Shown here in pieces: positions 27,942 to 37,707 of a stretch of 64,000 bases of DNA. The translations under genes and the position numbers were made by a program. The stretch lies in the NCBI GenBank assembly GCA_038208905.1, contig JBBQYG010000001.1, positions 1 to 64,000 of the forward strand. Direction: 5' to 3'. Each line of letters starts with the position of its first letter. The stretch's first letter is position 1. The stretch is from Candidatus Sumerlaeia bacterium (lineage in GTDB: Bacteria > Sumerlaeota > Sumerlaeia > SLMS01). The notes below the pieces were generated by a model that saw only the letters and a program-made list of their open reading frames with translations, ran no database searches and had not been told where the DNA came from.

Positions 27942-29039
27942 ATGCTGTCCGTTCGCCTCGATGACCTCCTCGTGGAGATGGTTGAAAAGGGCGCGTCCGA
28001 CCTGTTTCTGAAGGCAGGCGTCGGCCCCCACATCCGCGTGGATGGCAAAATTCAGATGATGGACTATGGGGAGTTGACCCTGGAAGAGACCCAGGAAATC
28101 GCCTATGGCATGATGACCGAGGAGCAGATCGAGCGCTTCGAGCGAATCCCCGAAATGGATCTGGCGCTCGGCGTGCGGGGCGTGGGCCGCTTTCGCGTGA
28201 ACCTGTTCCGCCAGCGCGGCTCCATCGCGATGGTCTTCCGCCACATCAAGTCGCCGGGATTCAGCTTCGAGGATCTGATGCTCCCCGATACCGTGCGCCA
28301 GCTGGCCGAGAAGAACCGTGGCCTCGTTCTGGTGACGGGCACCACCGGCTCCGGCAAGTCCACGACGCTGGCCGCGATGATCAACCACATCAACACGATC
28401 CGCAAGTGCCACATCGTGACCGTGGAAGACCCCATCGAATTCCTCCACGCCGACCGCGAGGCGATCATCAGCCAGCGCGAGGTGGGCTTCGACACCAAGT
28501 CCTTCTCCGACGCGCTGCGCCACGTCCTTCGCCAGGCGCCCGACGTGATTCTGATCGGCGAGATGCGCGACCTGGAGACGGTGCAGACCGCCATCGCCGC
28601 GGCGGAGACGGGTCACCTCGTCCTGTCCACGCTCCACACCATCGACGCCGTGCAGACGGTGGAGCGCATCATCAACTTCTTCCCCGCCTATCTCCACGCG
28701 CAGATCCGCATGGAAATGGCCCTCGGCCTGCAGGGCGTCATCAGCCAGCGACTTCTTCCCCGCAAGCGCAGCAACGGTCGCGTCCCCGCGGTGGAGACAC
28801 TTGTCGCCACGCCCTTCATCAAGAAGCTCCTCAACGAGGGGAAGACCCTCGAAATCCTTCCCGCCATCGAGGAAGGCGGGCACTGGGGAATGCAGAGCTT
28901 CAACCAGGCGCTCCACACCCTGATCCAGAAGGACCTGGTGGCGATGGACATGGCGATGACCTATGCCACGAGTCCCGAGGAACTCCGCCTCATGGTCGAG
29001 GGCATCACCAGCGGCGTCCGCACGATGAGGGCGCGGTAA
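27942..29039 (+). CDS. PilT/PilU family type IV pilus ATPase
   Basis: ASDLFLK, RFRVNLFRQRG, TGTTGSGKSTTL, EDPIEF, QREVG, LRQAPDVILIGEMRD, GMQSFNQAL. The AIRNLIRE motif is replaced by FIKKLLNE, which is PilU-like. Confidence 0.92.
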   Translation: MLSVRLDDLLVEMVEKGASDLFLKAGVGPHIRVDGKIQMMDYGELTLEETQEIAYGMMTEEQIERFERIPEMDLALGVRGVGRFRVNLFRQRGSIAMVFRHIKSPGFSFEDLMLPDTVRQLAEKNRGLVLVTGTTGSGKSTTLAAMINHINTIRKCHIVTVEDPIEFLHADREAIISQREVGFDTKSFSDALRHVLRQAPDVILIGEMRDLETVQTAIAAAETGHLVLSTLHTIDAVQTVERIINFFPAYLHAQIRMEMALGLQGVISQRLLPRKRSNGRVPAVETLVATPFIKKLLNEGKTLEILPAIEEGGHWGMQSFNQALHTLIQKDLVAMDMAMTYATSPEELRLMVEGITSGVRTMRAR

Positions 29040-29069
29040 ACCATTCCAGGGGCCGAGCGTGATTCCACC

Positions 29070-31262
29070 ATGACGATGCCCGGCGAGCGGGCATGGCGCT
29101 CTCACATTCCGGCCCTCCTGCTCTTGCTGGCGCTTCAGGCCATCGTGCTGCTCCCGATGTTTCCCCCCTGGCGCTGGGGGACGCACCTGCACAACGACGA
29201 CGCCCGCATCACCAGCTACATGATCAGCTGGGGCCAGCACGTCCTGTGGACGAGGCCGTGGGACTACTTTGCGATCCCGCTCTTCCATCCCGTCCAGGGA
29301 ATGAAGGCCGTTACCGAGACGAACCAGTTGATGGAGTTGGTGACGGCGCCGCTGCGCATTTTCCGCAATCCCGTGCTCGGCTACAACGTGCTGATGGTGC
29401 TGAACGCCGTGCTGGCTGGGATGGCGGCATACGCATTGTGTTTCTGGGTTACACGCCGGCGCATCGCGGCGGTGTTTGGCGGGTTGGTTTTCTCCGGCAA
29501 TGGCTACATGATTTGGCACCTGTGGGGGCATCCGAATATCTGCTGTACGTTCCCAATCCCGCTGGCGGCGCTGTGCTATCTGAAGTGGAGGAAGGACGGT
29601 CGCGCCCCCGCCGCGATCGGCGTGGGCGTCGCGATGGTCTTGCAGTTCGCGGCGAGCCTGTATCTCGGCGTCATCCTCGGAATCGGGCTCGGCGCGATGT
29701 GGCTCTTCGACGCGGCCCGGGCGCCGCGCCGCATCCTGTGCCGTGGCGAACTCAAGCTGATCGGCGCGGTGGCCGCAGCGATGGCGGTGTCGCTGGCGCT
29801 GGCATCGCCCTATCGCGCGATGAACGAGCGCCTGGGAGCGTCGCGCGGCCTCGACCAGGCGACACTGTTTTCGGCGAGCGTGTGGAGCTACCTCCTCCCC
29901 TCCCACATGGAGGGCGGGCCGGAACCCCTCGCGGGCGTGGCGATCCGCAAGGTTGTGCCGATCCGCACGCGCATGGAGGAGGCCTCCTTTGCTGGGTGGC
30001 TCCCGCTCGCGCTTGCCGCGAGCGCCCTTGCGTGGGCATGGCGTCGGCGCGAAAACGCGGAAGCGGAAATCGTCCGCCAGATGAGCGCCCTCGCGCTCGT
30101 GGGATTCGTCCTCTCCCTCGGCCCGTTCCTCTGGACCGGCAACAAGGCCATCGCGTGGCGCCTGCCGTTCTACTTCATCTACGAGTATATTCCCCCGCTC
30201 CGGTTCCTGCGCGCGACGGCACGGTTCTCGGTGCTGTGCATGTTGGCGATTTCCGTGGGAGGCGCCGTGGCCGTGGCAAGGATCGAGGCGTCGCGGCGCC
30301 TCGCTCCGGCGGGATTGAGAATTCTACTGGCGGGAATGCTGATCGCGCTGCTGGTTGAATACACACCGATCAGCGCCCCCGCGACACCCGAGGTTTCCCG
30401 CGACGCGACGCGCGCGATCGCAGAGCTCCCTCCCGATTCCATTCTGGCTCCCTTCCCATTCGACAGCGAGCAATGGCTCCCCACGGCGGCGCTGAAATTC
30501 CACCCCACCGTGACGGGCACCGTCGGCGGAGTGTACAATCACCGCTATCGCTCGATCAGGGACGCATTGACCGCGCCGATGAGCGACCAATTGCTGGCGC
30601 GCATCGCCGCGACCGGCGCGAACACGCTCGTCGTGGAGAATGCCGTCCACCTCCCCATTGCTGACAATATGGAGGGCCTGAAGCCCATCACTCGCTGGGA
30701 CGGCGGAGCCGTCTATCGCATCGAGGCCGCGCCCGATGCGGCGTTCGCCGCGTGGATGTCCACCTTACCCGAGCGCCCTGATCTGTCCCACGTCGCCGCC
30801 CCCCCCGCTGGATACGCCCCGTGGAAACCAGTCCGCTGGATCGTGGCCACCGACACCGGCGAATGGATCGAGTACACCGGCGACCCCGCCATGGATGGAT
30901 TCATCAGCCGGGGAGGAAGCGACCGCATCGGAGTCGTCGCCGGCGGCGTCCCGCTCGCCCCTTTCCGCCGACTCGCCATCGAGTTCCGCCACGACAGCAT
31001 CGGCATCGACCACTCCCAGGCCCGCGTCCAGTGGATCACCACCCGCCGCCCCCTCGTCGCCGATTCGCCCTCCATCTGGACCACCGTCTCCGGCACCCAC
31101 GACTGGCAATACGCCACCTTCGACATCGGCGCCAACCCCGCCTTCGATCCCACCGACGAAGTACTCGCCTTCATCCTGGAACTGCCAGCGGCGAACTACC
31201 CGGGCATGAAATGCGAAATCCGCGGCATCGGCGTCGTTGGCGTCTATACAGAGGATAAGTGA
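29070..31262 (+). CDS. Multi-pass membrane protein, GT-C/YfhO-like glycosyltransferase with a C-terminal beta domain
   Basis: NDD acidic pair after the first TM, GYNVLMVL, VLSLGP, LRATARF, LLVEY patterns; about 12 TM helices and a soluble C-terminal part. Confidence 0.7.
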   Translation: MTMPGERAWRSHIPALLLLLALQAIVLLPMFPPWRWGTHLHNDDARITSYMISWGQHVLWTRPWDYFAIPLFHPVQGMKAVTETNQLMELVTAPLRIFRNPVLGYNVLMVLNAVLAGMAAYALCFWVTRRRIAAVFGGLVFSGNGYMIWHLWGHPNICCTFPIPLAALCYLKWRKDGRAPAAIGVGVAMVLQFAASLYLGVILGIGLGAMWLFDAARAPRRILCRGELKLIGAVAAAMAVSLALASPYRAMNERLGASRGLDQATLFSASVWSYLLPSHMEGGPEPLAGVAIRKVVPIRTRMEEASFAGWLPLALAASALAWAWRRRENAEAEIVRQMSALALVGFVLSLGPFLWTGNKAIAWRLPFYFIYEYIPPLRFLRATARFSVLCMLAISVGGAVAVARIEASRRLAPAGLRILLAGMLIALLVEYTPISAPATPEVSRDATRAIAELPPDSILAPFPFDSEQWLPTAALKFHPTVTGTVGGVYNHRYRSIRDALTAPMSDQLLARIAATGANTLVVENAVHLPIADNMEGLKPITRWDGGAVYRIEAAPDAAFAAWMSTLPERPDLSHVAAPPAGYAPWKPVRWIVATDTGEWIEYTGDPAMDGFISRGGSDRIGVVAGGVPLAPFRRLAIEFRHDSIGIDHSQARVQWITTRRPLVADSPSIWTTVSGTHDWQYATFDIGANPAFDPTDEVLAFILELPAANYPGMKCEIRGIGVVGVYTEDK

Positions 31263-31263
31263 A

Positions 31264-31520
31264 TCACCAGCGGTAGTAGAGACTTCCGTCGGAGATCGTC
31301 CCATTCGTGGGATCGTACTGGGGTTCGGCATCGAGCCACTTCGCCGACGAGTCCCCACCCGTGGCGTAGTTGCGCTCGTCCACGTTGGGCCGGAAGCTGA
31401 AGATTATTGGCGGCTGGCCGGGATGCACCGTCAACGGGCGCCCGCGCGCATCGGCGAAGATGTCCACCGGCAAGTGGTTTGGGAACTGCGCCTCCACATC
31501 GCCGGTGGTGCGGGGGCGGA
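31264..31520 (-). pseudogene. 5'-truncated pilin/GspG-like C-terminal fragment
   Basis: RTTGDVEAQFPNHLPVDIFA...IIFSFRPNVD...YDPTNGTISDGSLYYRW. There is no prepilin leader or TM, and cbpA ends immediately upstream. Confidence 0.55.
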
Positions 31521-31534
31521 AGCCTTGTCCCCCG

Positions 31535-32440
31535 CTACTCCTCCAACCCCCTCAACTTCTCATACAACTCCCGCTGCTCCGCCGTCGGGCTTACCGGAAC
31601 TGTGATCATCACCTGCACCAGCAGGTCTCCCCCGCCGAGGCCCTTGCCGCGGATTCGGAGCCGCTTGCCGGAGGAGCTGCCGGGGGGGATCGTCATGGTG
31701 ATGTTGCCATCGGGCGTGGCGACGGGCGCCTTGCCGCCGAGGGCGGCGGTGGCGGGCGAGACGCGCGTCTCCACCACCAGGTTGCCTTCCTCCAGGCGAT
31801 AGGTGTCGTCGGGGGCGTAGCGGATCTTCAGGTGGATGTCGGAGCCGTCAGGCCCTTGGCCGGCGAGGCGGATTTTCTTTCCCTCGGCGATTCCCTTGGG
31901 AATGCGCACGTCGAAGGTTCTGGTGCCGACCCCGGGAATGGAGAGCGAGAGGTGCTCGACGCCGCCGTGAACGATGCGCGAAATCGGGACCGCCAAATCC
32001 ACTTCGCTGACCGGCGCGGCCTCCTGGGGGAAGCCGCCGGGAAACCCGCCGCCGGCGCCGCGGAAATCAGCGCGCGGTCCGCCTGGGCCGCCGCGCGCGC
32101 CGCCGAAGAACTGCTCGAAGAAATCGCTGAAGCCGCCAAAGTTGCCGGCCCCGGCGCCACCTCCGCCCGCGTTGCCCTGCCAGCCGGGCGGCGGACGGAA
32201 CTCCTGACCCGTCTTCCAGTCGGCACCCAGCGTGTCGTACTTCTTCCGCTTCTCGGGATCCTTGAGAACCTCGTAGGCCTCGTTGATGGACTTGAACTTC
32301 TCCTCGGCCTTGGGGTCCGTCTTGTTGGTGTCGGGATGCCACTTGCGCGCGAGCTGTCTATACGCGCGGCGAATCTCCTCCGCGGTGGCGCCGCGGGAGA
32401 TTCCAAGTGTCTCGTAGTAGTCCTTGAATTTAACGCTCAT
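31535..32440 (-). CDS. cbpA: DnaJ-class co-chaperone, CbpA-like (no zinc finger)
   Basis: [36 protein letters not shown]-rich region and DnaJ_C domain. Confidence 0.9.
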   Translation of the reverse strand: MSVKFKDYYETLGISRGATAEEIRRAYRQLARKWHPDTNKTDPKAEEKFKSINEAYEVLKDPEKRKKYDTLGADWKTGQEFRPPPGWQGNAGGGGAGAGNFGGFSDFFEQFFGGARGGPGGPRADFRGAGGGFPGGFPQEAAPVSEVDLAVPISRIVHGGVEHLSLSIPGVGTRTFDVRIPKGIAEGKKIRLAGQGPDGSDIHLKIRYAPDDTYRLEEGNLVVETRVSPATAALGGKAPVATPDGNITMTIPPGSSSGKRLRIRGKGLGGGDLLVQVMITVPVSPTAEQRELYEKLRGLEE

Positions 32441-32684
32441 GGGAGTGCCTCAAGGCCTTCGATCAGCGTCTCGATGAAACCGCTATTCACGGGATCGCAT
32501 TCCCGCCAGAACGCGCGGATCCTTCAACTGGTCTTCCATGCCAAGCTCCCGAACTGCTTCGTAGGAGAGCCGATCCAGCTCGCGAGAGGCCCTGATCGAG
32601 GAGCGGGCGGCAAACTTCTGCCCACGCGGCGTCCTTCAGTTCCCAGGTGAAGAGCTGGGCCTCGGATTCCTTCACTTCGCTCAT
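32437..32684 (-). pseudogene. Small gene between grpE and cbpA, apparently broken by two +1 frameshifts
   Basis: GGAGG RBS then MSEVKESEAQLFTWELKD...; the +1 frame reads ELDRLSYEAVRELGMEDQLKD; the +2 frame reads [25 protein letters not shown] and ends in an ATGA overlap with cbpA. Confidence 0.4.
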
Positions 32685-32743
32685 GGCTTCAAAACCTCCA
32701 GTACGATCATGAACGCCAATGGGTTCTTCTTCGCGACTTCCCC

Positions 32744-33253
32744 CTACTCCGACTTCGGCGCGCCGGTGCTGATGATCACCTGCGCCGCACGGAGGAGGCC
32801 CACTTCGTCCTGGAATCCGGGCCGCGATTCCTCGCAGACGATGCCCTCGGGATACGTCGCGCTGGGGAGGTTCGCGATGGCCTCGTGGACCGCCGGGTCG
32901 AAGGGCTTGCCGCGCGTGGGGACTTTCTTGACGCCGAGCTGCTCGAAGCCGGTGAGCAACTGGCGCTGCACGGCTTCCATGCCTTGGCGCGCGGCGCTGT
33001 CGGCGGGGACGGTGAGGAGGCCCATCGCGAGAGAGTCGATGGCGGGGAGGAGGCGTTCGATGGCCTCGCGGCGCCCCTTCTGCTGGGCCAGGCCCATCTC
33101 CTTGTTCGTCCGGCGGCGGTAGTTATCGAAGTCGGCCCGCAGCAGGAGCAGCGGATCGGCTTGGGGCTTCTCCGCCGGAGACTCCTCAAACTCCTCGAGG
33201 ATGATCTCTTCCTGATTCTGGTTGTCGTCCATTGGTTCCTGATCCGTGCTCAT
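32744..33253 (-). CDS. grpE: Nucleotide exchange factor GrpE
   Basis: LRADFDNYRRRT, LLPAIDSL, GKPFDPAVHEAI, GF...LLRAAQVII. Confidence 0.93.
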   Translation of the reverse strand: MSTDQEPMDDNQNQEEIILEEFEESPAEKPQADPLLLLRADFDNYRRRTNKEMGLAQQKGRREAIERLLPAIDSLAMGLLTVPADSAARQGMEAVQRQLLTGFEQLGVKKVPTRGKPFDPAVHEAIANLPSATYPEGIVCEESRPGFQDEVGLLRAAQVIISTGAPKSE

Positions 33254-33332
33254 GGTGGCGGCTGTCCTCCCGTCGGGGGGTCTTTTGAAGAGCTGGCTTG
33301 CAAGTCCTGAACCGGCTTTGAGGGCTTTGAAT

Positions 33333-33353
33333 ACTGAATTTATGCGATTCATG
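33333..33353. promoter_or_regulatory. HAIR-like inverted repeat upstream of grpE-cbpA
   Basis: CTGAAT-N7-ATTCATG, compared with the HspR consensus CTTGAGT-N7-ACTCAAG. Confidence 0.4.
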
Positions 33354-33396
33354 AGGGCCCGAATGTGTCGCCATGCACCACCCGGCGCACGGTGCG

Positions 33397-34095
33397 TCAG
33401 GGGGCGGCGCTTTCGTCGCGGTTGCTGGCTTCATAGTCCTCGGGCCGGCCCAGATCGAGCCAGTGGCCCGCGTGGGGGTGGGCGTGGATTGGCTCCCCGG
33501 TGGCCAGCATCGCGAGCACCAGTTGGTCGAACCCGAATGGCTGCCCCCGCGGCACAAAATCGAGGCACCGGCGGTTCAGGATGTAGATGCCCATGCTGAC
33601 CTCGTAGGGGATTGTGGGCTTCTCCACGAAATCGGTGACGCGGTTCTCCTCATTGCGGCGGAGCACGCCGAAGTCGATCTGCACCTTGCGTGCGTGGGTG
33701 GCGATGGTGAGGGCGCGGCGGTGCAGGAGGTGGTCCTCCCACAGCGCGCGCAAATCGAGGTCCGTCAGCACGTCGCCGTTCATCACCAGGAAGTCCTCGC
33801 CCAAGCCATCGATGAAGGCGAGCGGCCCGATGGTGCCCAGTGGCTCGTCCTCGATGGCGTAGTCCAGCTTGAGGCCATACTTGGCGCCGTCGCCGAAGAA
33901 TGCCATGATGAGTTCCGCCAGATGCCCCACGGAAATCGTGACGTCGCGAAAGCCCGCCTTGCCCAGACTCTCCAACACGCGGTGAAGGATGGGCCGGTCG
34001 CCCACGGGGAGCAGTGGCTTGGGGAGGATGGTGGTATAGGGGAGCAGGCGGCGCCCCTTTCCGCCGGCGAGCACCACCGCGCGCGGGCCGCTCAT
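33397..34095 (-). CDS. Sugar-1-phosphate nucleotidyltransferase
   Basis: VVLAGGKGRRLLPYT..LPKPLLPVG, EPLGTIG, VMNGDV, FVEKP, WLDLG. Confidence 0.92.
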   Translation of the reverse strand: MSGPRAVVLAGGKGRRLLPYTTILPKPLLPVGDRPILHRVLESLGKAGFRDVTISVGHLAELIMAFFGDGAKYGLKLDYAIEDEPLGTIGPLAFIDGLGEDFLVMNGDVLTDLDLRALWEDHLLHRRALTIATHARKVQIDFGVLRRNEENRVTDFVEKPTIPYEVSMGIYILNRRCLDFVPRGQPFGFDQLVLAMLATGEPIHAHPHAGHWLDLGRPEDYEASNRDESAAP

Positions 34096-35129
34096 CGGGC
34101 GTACTCCGAAACGCGGATCGTCGCAAGGCGCGGCTCCATCCACTTCGCCGTCGCCTTGATCCCATCGTGCAGGTTGGTCTCGGGCTTCCAGCCGATCTCG
34201 CGCTTGATGCGGCGGTTGTCGCTGACGAGGAGGCGCACCTCGCTGGCGGCGGGGCGCGCGCGGGAATCGTCGGCCTCGATGGGCTTCTTCACGTCGAGCA
34301 CATCCAGAATCACCTGGGCCAGGCTTCCCACGCTGATGCCGCGCCCCACGCCAAGGTTGTAGGTGACTCCGATGACCTTCTCAGCGGGCGCCTCCGCAAT
34401 CATGCGAAATGCCCGGGCCGTGTCGTGGACATAGGTCAAATCCCGTACTGGATCGAGCGAGCCGAGGCGAATCGCGGGGACATCCTTCGACAATGCCTGG
34501 GCGATGATCGTCGGGATCACGGCGCGCAGCGACTGGCGCGGGCCGAATGTGTTGAAGGGCCGCACGATGGTGACGGGGGTAGCGAAGGAAAGAAAGTAGG
34601 ACTCCGCCAGTTTATCGGCGGCGATCTTGGACGCGGAGTAGGGCGACTGCGCCTGAAGCGGATGGGTTTCGTCCATCGGCGTGGTCAAGGCGCTACCATA
34701 GACCTCGCTGGTGGAGGTGTGCAGCAGCCGTGGCACCCCGGCGTCGCGGCAGCCCTCCAGCACGTTCAGCGTTCCGACGATGTTGGTGTTCACATAAGAT
34801 TGTGGCGCGGCGTAGGAGTAGGGAATTCCGATGAGCGCGGCAAGGTGGAACACCGCGTCGGCGCCGCGAACCAGGTCGCGCACGCAGCGCGCGTCGCACA
34901 CATCGCCCGCAACGATTTCGAGCCGCTGGCGCGCCTCGGCGGCGAGGCCCGCAACGACCTCCTCCAGATGCCCCCGCGTGGCGGCAGCATTGTAGTGGAC
35001 GAGCGCGCGGACTCGGTAGCCCGCCGCCAGAAGGTCCTCCACCAAGTGGCTTCCAATGAAGCCCCCCGCGCCGGTGACGGCGGCGATTCGCTGGCGGGGG
35101 GATGTGGCGGGGGACTCGGTTTCACTCAT
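34092..35129 (-). CDS. NAD-dependent nucleotide-sugar 4,6-dehydratase/epimerase (LegB-like)
   Basis: VTGAGGFIGSH, HLAALIGIPYSY, TSTSEVYG, QSPYSASK, RPFNTFGPRQS. Confidence 0.92.
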   Translation of the reverse strand: MSETESPATSPRQRIAAVTGAGGFIGSHLVEDLLAAGYRVRALVHYNAAATRGHLEEVVAGLAAEARQRLEIVAGDVCDARCVRDLVRGADAVFHLAALIGIPYSYAAPQSYVNTNIVGTLNVLEGCRDAGVPRLLHTSTSEVYGSALTTPMDETHPLQAQSPYSASKIAADKLAESYFLSFATPVTIVRPFNTFGPRQSLRAVIPTIIAQALSKDVPAIRLGSLDPVRDLTYVHDTARAFRMIAEAPAEKVIGVTYNLGVGRGISVGSLAQVILDVLDVKKPIEADDSRARPAASEVRLLVSDNRRIKREIGWKPETNLHDGIKATAKWMEPRLATIRVSEYAR

Positions 35130-35232
35130 CGCGATCTTGTCGTCCGTGCCTGAATGCGGGGCGTCCCCGGGTGGCCATCGAAGCGATGGCATCCCGGGGA
35201 CGCAAGCGAACCGTGGAGCTGGTCGAAACCGA

Positions 35233-36741
35233 CTACGAGTTCATGGCCTCGAGGAAGTCCTTGTTGCTGGTGGTCTTCTTCATGCGTTCGAGGAGGAAGT
35301 CCATCGCTTCGATGACGTTGAGTTCGTTGAGGATCTTGCGGAGAAGCCACACGCGCTGAAGCTCGGTGGGGCTGAGGAGCAGCTCCTCCTTGCGCGTGAC
35401 AGAGATCATGATGTCGATGGCGGGATAGATACGGCGGTCGGCCAGCTTGCGGTCCAGCTTAACCTCGCTGTTGCCGGTGCCCTTGAACTCCTCGAAGATC
35501 ACGTCGTCCATCTTGGACCCGGTCTCGACGAGGGCGGTGGCGATGATGGTAAGGGAGCCGCCCTCCTCCACGTTGCGCGCGGCGCCGAAGAAGCGCTTGG
35601 GCTTGTGGAGGGCGTTGTCGTCGATACCTCCGGAAATCTCGCGGCCCGAGGATGGGGCGATGGTATTGTAGGCGCGCGCCAAGCGGGTGATCGAGTCGAG
35701 CAGGATCACCACGTCGCGTCCGTGCTCGGTCAGGCGCTTGGCCTTCTCGATGACCATCTCGGCGACTTGGACGTGGCGGTCGGCGGGCTCGTCGAAGGTC
35801 GAGCTGATGACCTCGCCATTCACCGTGCGCTCCATGTCAGTCACTTCCTCGGGACGCTCGTCGATGAGGAGGACGATCAGGAACACTTCGGGGTGGTTGG
35901 TCGTGATGGCGTTGGCGATGTCCTGAAGCATCACCGTCTTGCCGGTGCGCGGCGGGGCGACGATCAGGGCGCGCTGGCCCTTGCCCAGCGGCGTCAGCAA
36001 GTCCATGACGCGGGTGGTCAGCTTGCCGCGAAGCGTCTCAAGACGGAAACGCTCGTTGGGATACAGCGGCGTCAGATTGTCGAAAAGGATCTTCTCCTTC
36101 GCCGTCTGCGGATCGACGTCGTTGATCTTCTCCACCTTGAGGAGGGCGAAGTACTTTTCACCTTCCTTGGGTGGGCGGACGGTGCCCACGACGGTGTCGC
36201 CCTTGCGCAGGCCGAATCGGCGCACCTGGGACGGCGAGACGTAAATGTCATCCGGTCCCCACAGGTAGTTGTAGCTGGCTGAGCGAAGGAATCCAAAACC
36301 GCCATCGGGGAGGATTTCCAGTACGCCGTTGGCGCGCAGGCCGCCCTCGATGTTGGCGTTGTGGCGTAGTATCTGGAAAATGAGGTCCTGCTTGCGCATG
36401 CCCGCGGCGTTATCAACGCCGATTTCCTGAGCCATCTTGGCGAGTTCCGCCATCGACATGCGCTTGAGCTGGCCGAGATCGACGACGTGGCCGACATTGG
36501 GATTCAGGCTGCCACCATCGGCGGGCGCAAAGTCCTCCTCCTCGGGATCGTCCTCGAACTCGTCGTAGTAGTTCTCGTCGAGTCCCGGCGGCATCGGCTG
36601 GGAATTGGGGTTTCCCCCGTTGCCACCTGGGCGCTTGCGCCGACGCGGGCGCGGCCCGTTGTGCCCCATTTGAGGCTGGGGGGCGGCGGCGGAATTGCCG
36701 GGCTGGGGTCCCTGTCCGGACGAGTTTTTTCTACGGCGCAT
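35233..36741 (-). CDS. rho: Transcription termination factor Rho with disordered N-terminal extension
   Basis: [70 protein letters not shown]. Confidence 0.97.
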   Translation of the reverse strand: MRRRKNSSGQGPQPGNSAAAPQPQMGHNGPRPRRRKRPGGNGGNPNSQPMPPGLDENYYDEFEDDPEEEDFAPADGGSLNPNVGHVVDLGQLKRMSMAELAKMAQEIGVDNAAGMRKQDLIFQILRHNANIEGGLRANGVLEILPDGGFGFLRSASYNYLWGPDDIYVSPSQVRRFGLRKGDTVVGTVRPPKEGEKYFALLKVEKINDVDPQTAKEKILFDNLTPLYPNERFRLETLRGKLTTRVMDLLTPLGKGQRALIVAPPRTGKTVMLQDIANAITTNHPEVFLIVLLIDERPEEVTDMERTVNGEVISSTFDEPADRHVQVAEMVIEKAKRLTEHGRDVVILLDSITRLARAYNTIAPSSGREISGGIDDNALHKPKRFFGAARNVEEGGSLTIIATALVETGSKMDDVIFEEFKGTGNSEVKLDRKLADRRIYPAIDIMISVTRKEELLLSPTELQRVWLLRKILNELNVIEAMDFLLERMKKTTSNKDFLEAMNS

Positions 36742-36885
36742 GAAGCTACTTCTCCTGTGGTTGGTTGCCGAGTGGTTGGTGGTTTGCTTGCAAAGTCATA
36801 AAGGGGGAGGGGGGCCCGGCTGGGCAGGCGGCGCCTCGAAAAGAGCGAGGCGCGCGGAGGCGGGGTGGTCTATCTCACAGAGTAA

Positions 36886-37527
36886 TCAAGATTCGGGCCC
36901 AAGATCGGCCCCCGTCGAAATACCAGCGGGGAATCCGCCGGGAAACAGATGGGCCAGCAGCACGGCCACCTTGGCCGCCGTCACCCGTCGCGAGCCCGAA
37001 TTGTCGATCAGATGATCTGCCCGCGTGATCTTGTCGGCCTGACTCATCTGGGCCGAGAGGCGCCGCTGGGCCTCCTCCCGGTCGATCCCGCGATAGGACG
37101 CGAGGCGGCGAAAGCGCTCCTCGTCGTCGATCGTAACCACCAACGTCTGGTCGCATTCGGCGTCGAGCCCGGTCTCGAACAAGAGCGGGACATCGAGCAC
37201 GACGAGCGGGTCGGCGCGGTAGGACTGGATCAATTCGAGTTCTCGTTCCCGGACAGTGGGGTGAATGAGGCTTTCGAGGAGTAGTCGCTTATCGGGGTCG
37301 GCAAAGACGATCTTTGCCAGTGCATGCCTGTCGAGCGAGCCATCAGGTAGCAGAACGCCGTCGCCAAACTGGCGGGCAATCGCGGAAAGAACGGGTTTTC
37401 CTGGCTGGACGATGTCGCGGGCGATGGTGTCGGCACAGACCACCTTGGCGCCGCACCGTGACATCAGCGACGATACAAACGTCTTCCCACTGCCTAGCGA
37501 GCCCGTCAAGCCGAGAATCAAGGGCAT
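36886..37527 (-). CDS. coaE: Dephospho-CoA kinase
   Basis: ILGLTGSLGSGKT, LDRHALAKIVF, LESLIHP, DVPLLFE, AQM, ADHLIDNSG. Confidence 0.93.
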   Translation of the reverse strand: MPLILGLTGSLGSGKTFVSSLMSRCGAKVVCADTIARDIVQPGKPVLSAIARQFGDGVLLPDGSLDRHALAKIVFADPDKRLLLESLIHPTVRERELELIQSYRADPLVVLDVPLLFETGLDAECDQTLVVTIDDEERFRRLASYRGIDREEAQRRLSAQMSQADKITRADHLIDNSGSRRVTAAKVAVLLAHLFPGGFPAGISTGADLGPES

Positions 37528-37540
37528 GGGACTGCTCCAA

Positions 37541-37707
37541 GGGAAGGGACGAGCGGGAAAGACGGAAAAAGCGGGAAAGGGGGAGAAAAGATGAAAGGTC
37601 GATGCCATCCGACCGAGTTCGGTATCGACACGTCGTTCATAATCCCCGCCCTGCCTTTCGTCGCCGTTCCCGTATTTCCCGCCGTCCCCGCCTTTCCCGC
37701 CGTTCCC
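37541..37707. repeat. Inverted 9-bp-period purine/pyrimidine tandem repeats between polA and coaE
   Basis: GGGAAGGGAC GAGCGGGAAA GACGGAAAAA GCGGGAAAGG on the left; CCGTTCCCGTATTTCCCGCCGTCCCCGCCTTTCCCGCCGTTCCCC on the right. Confidence 0.7.

Noticed and set aside
33397-35129. Complete legionaminic acid pathway
   Set aside because: Only a dehydratase and a nucleotidyltransferase are present; no aminotransferase, synthase or CMP-transferase lies nearby.
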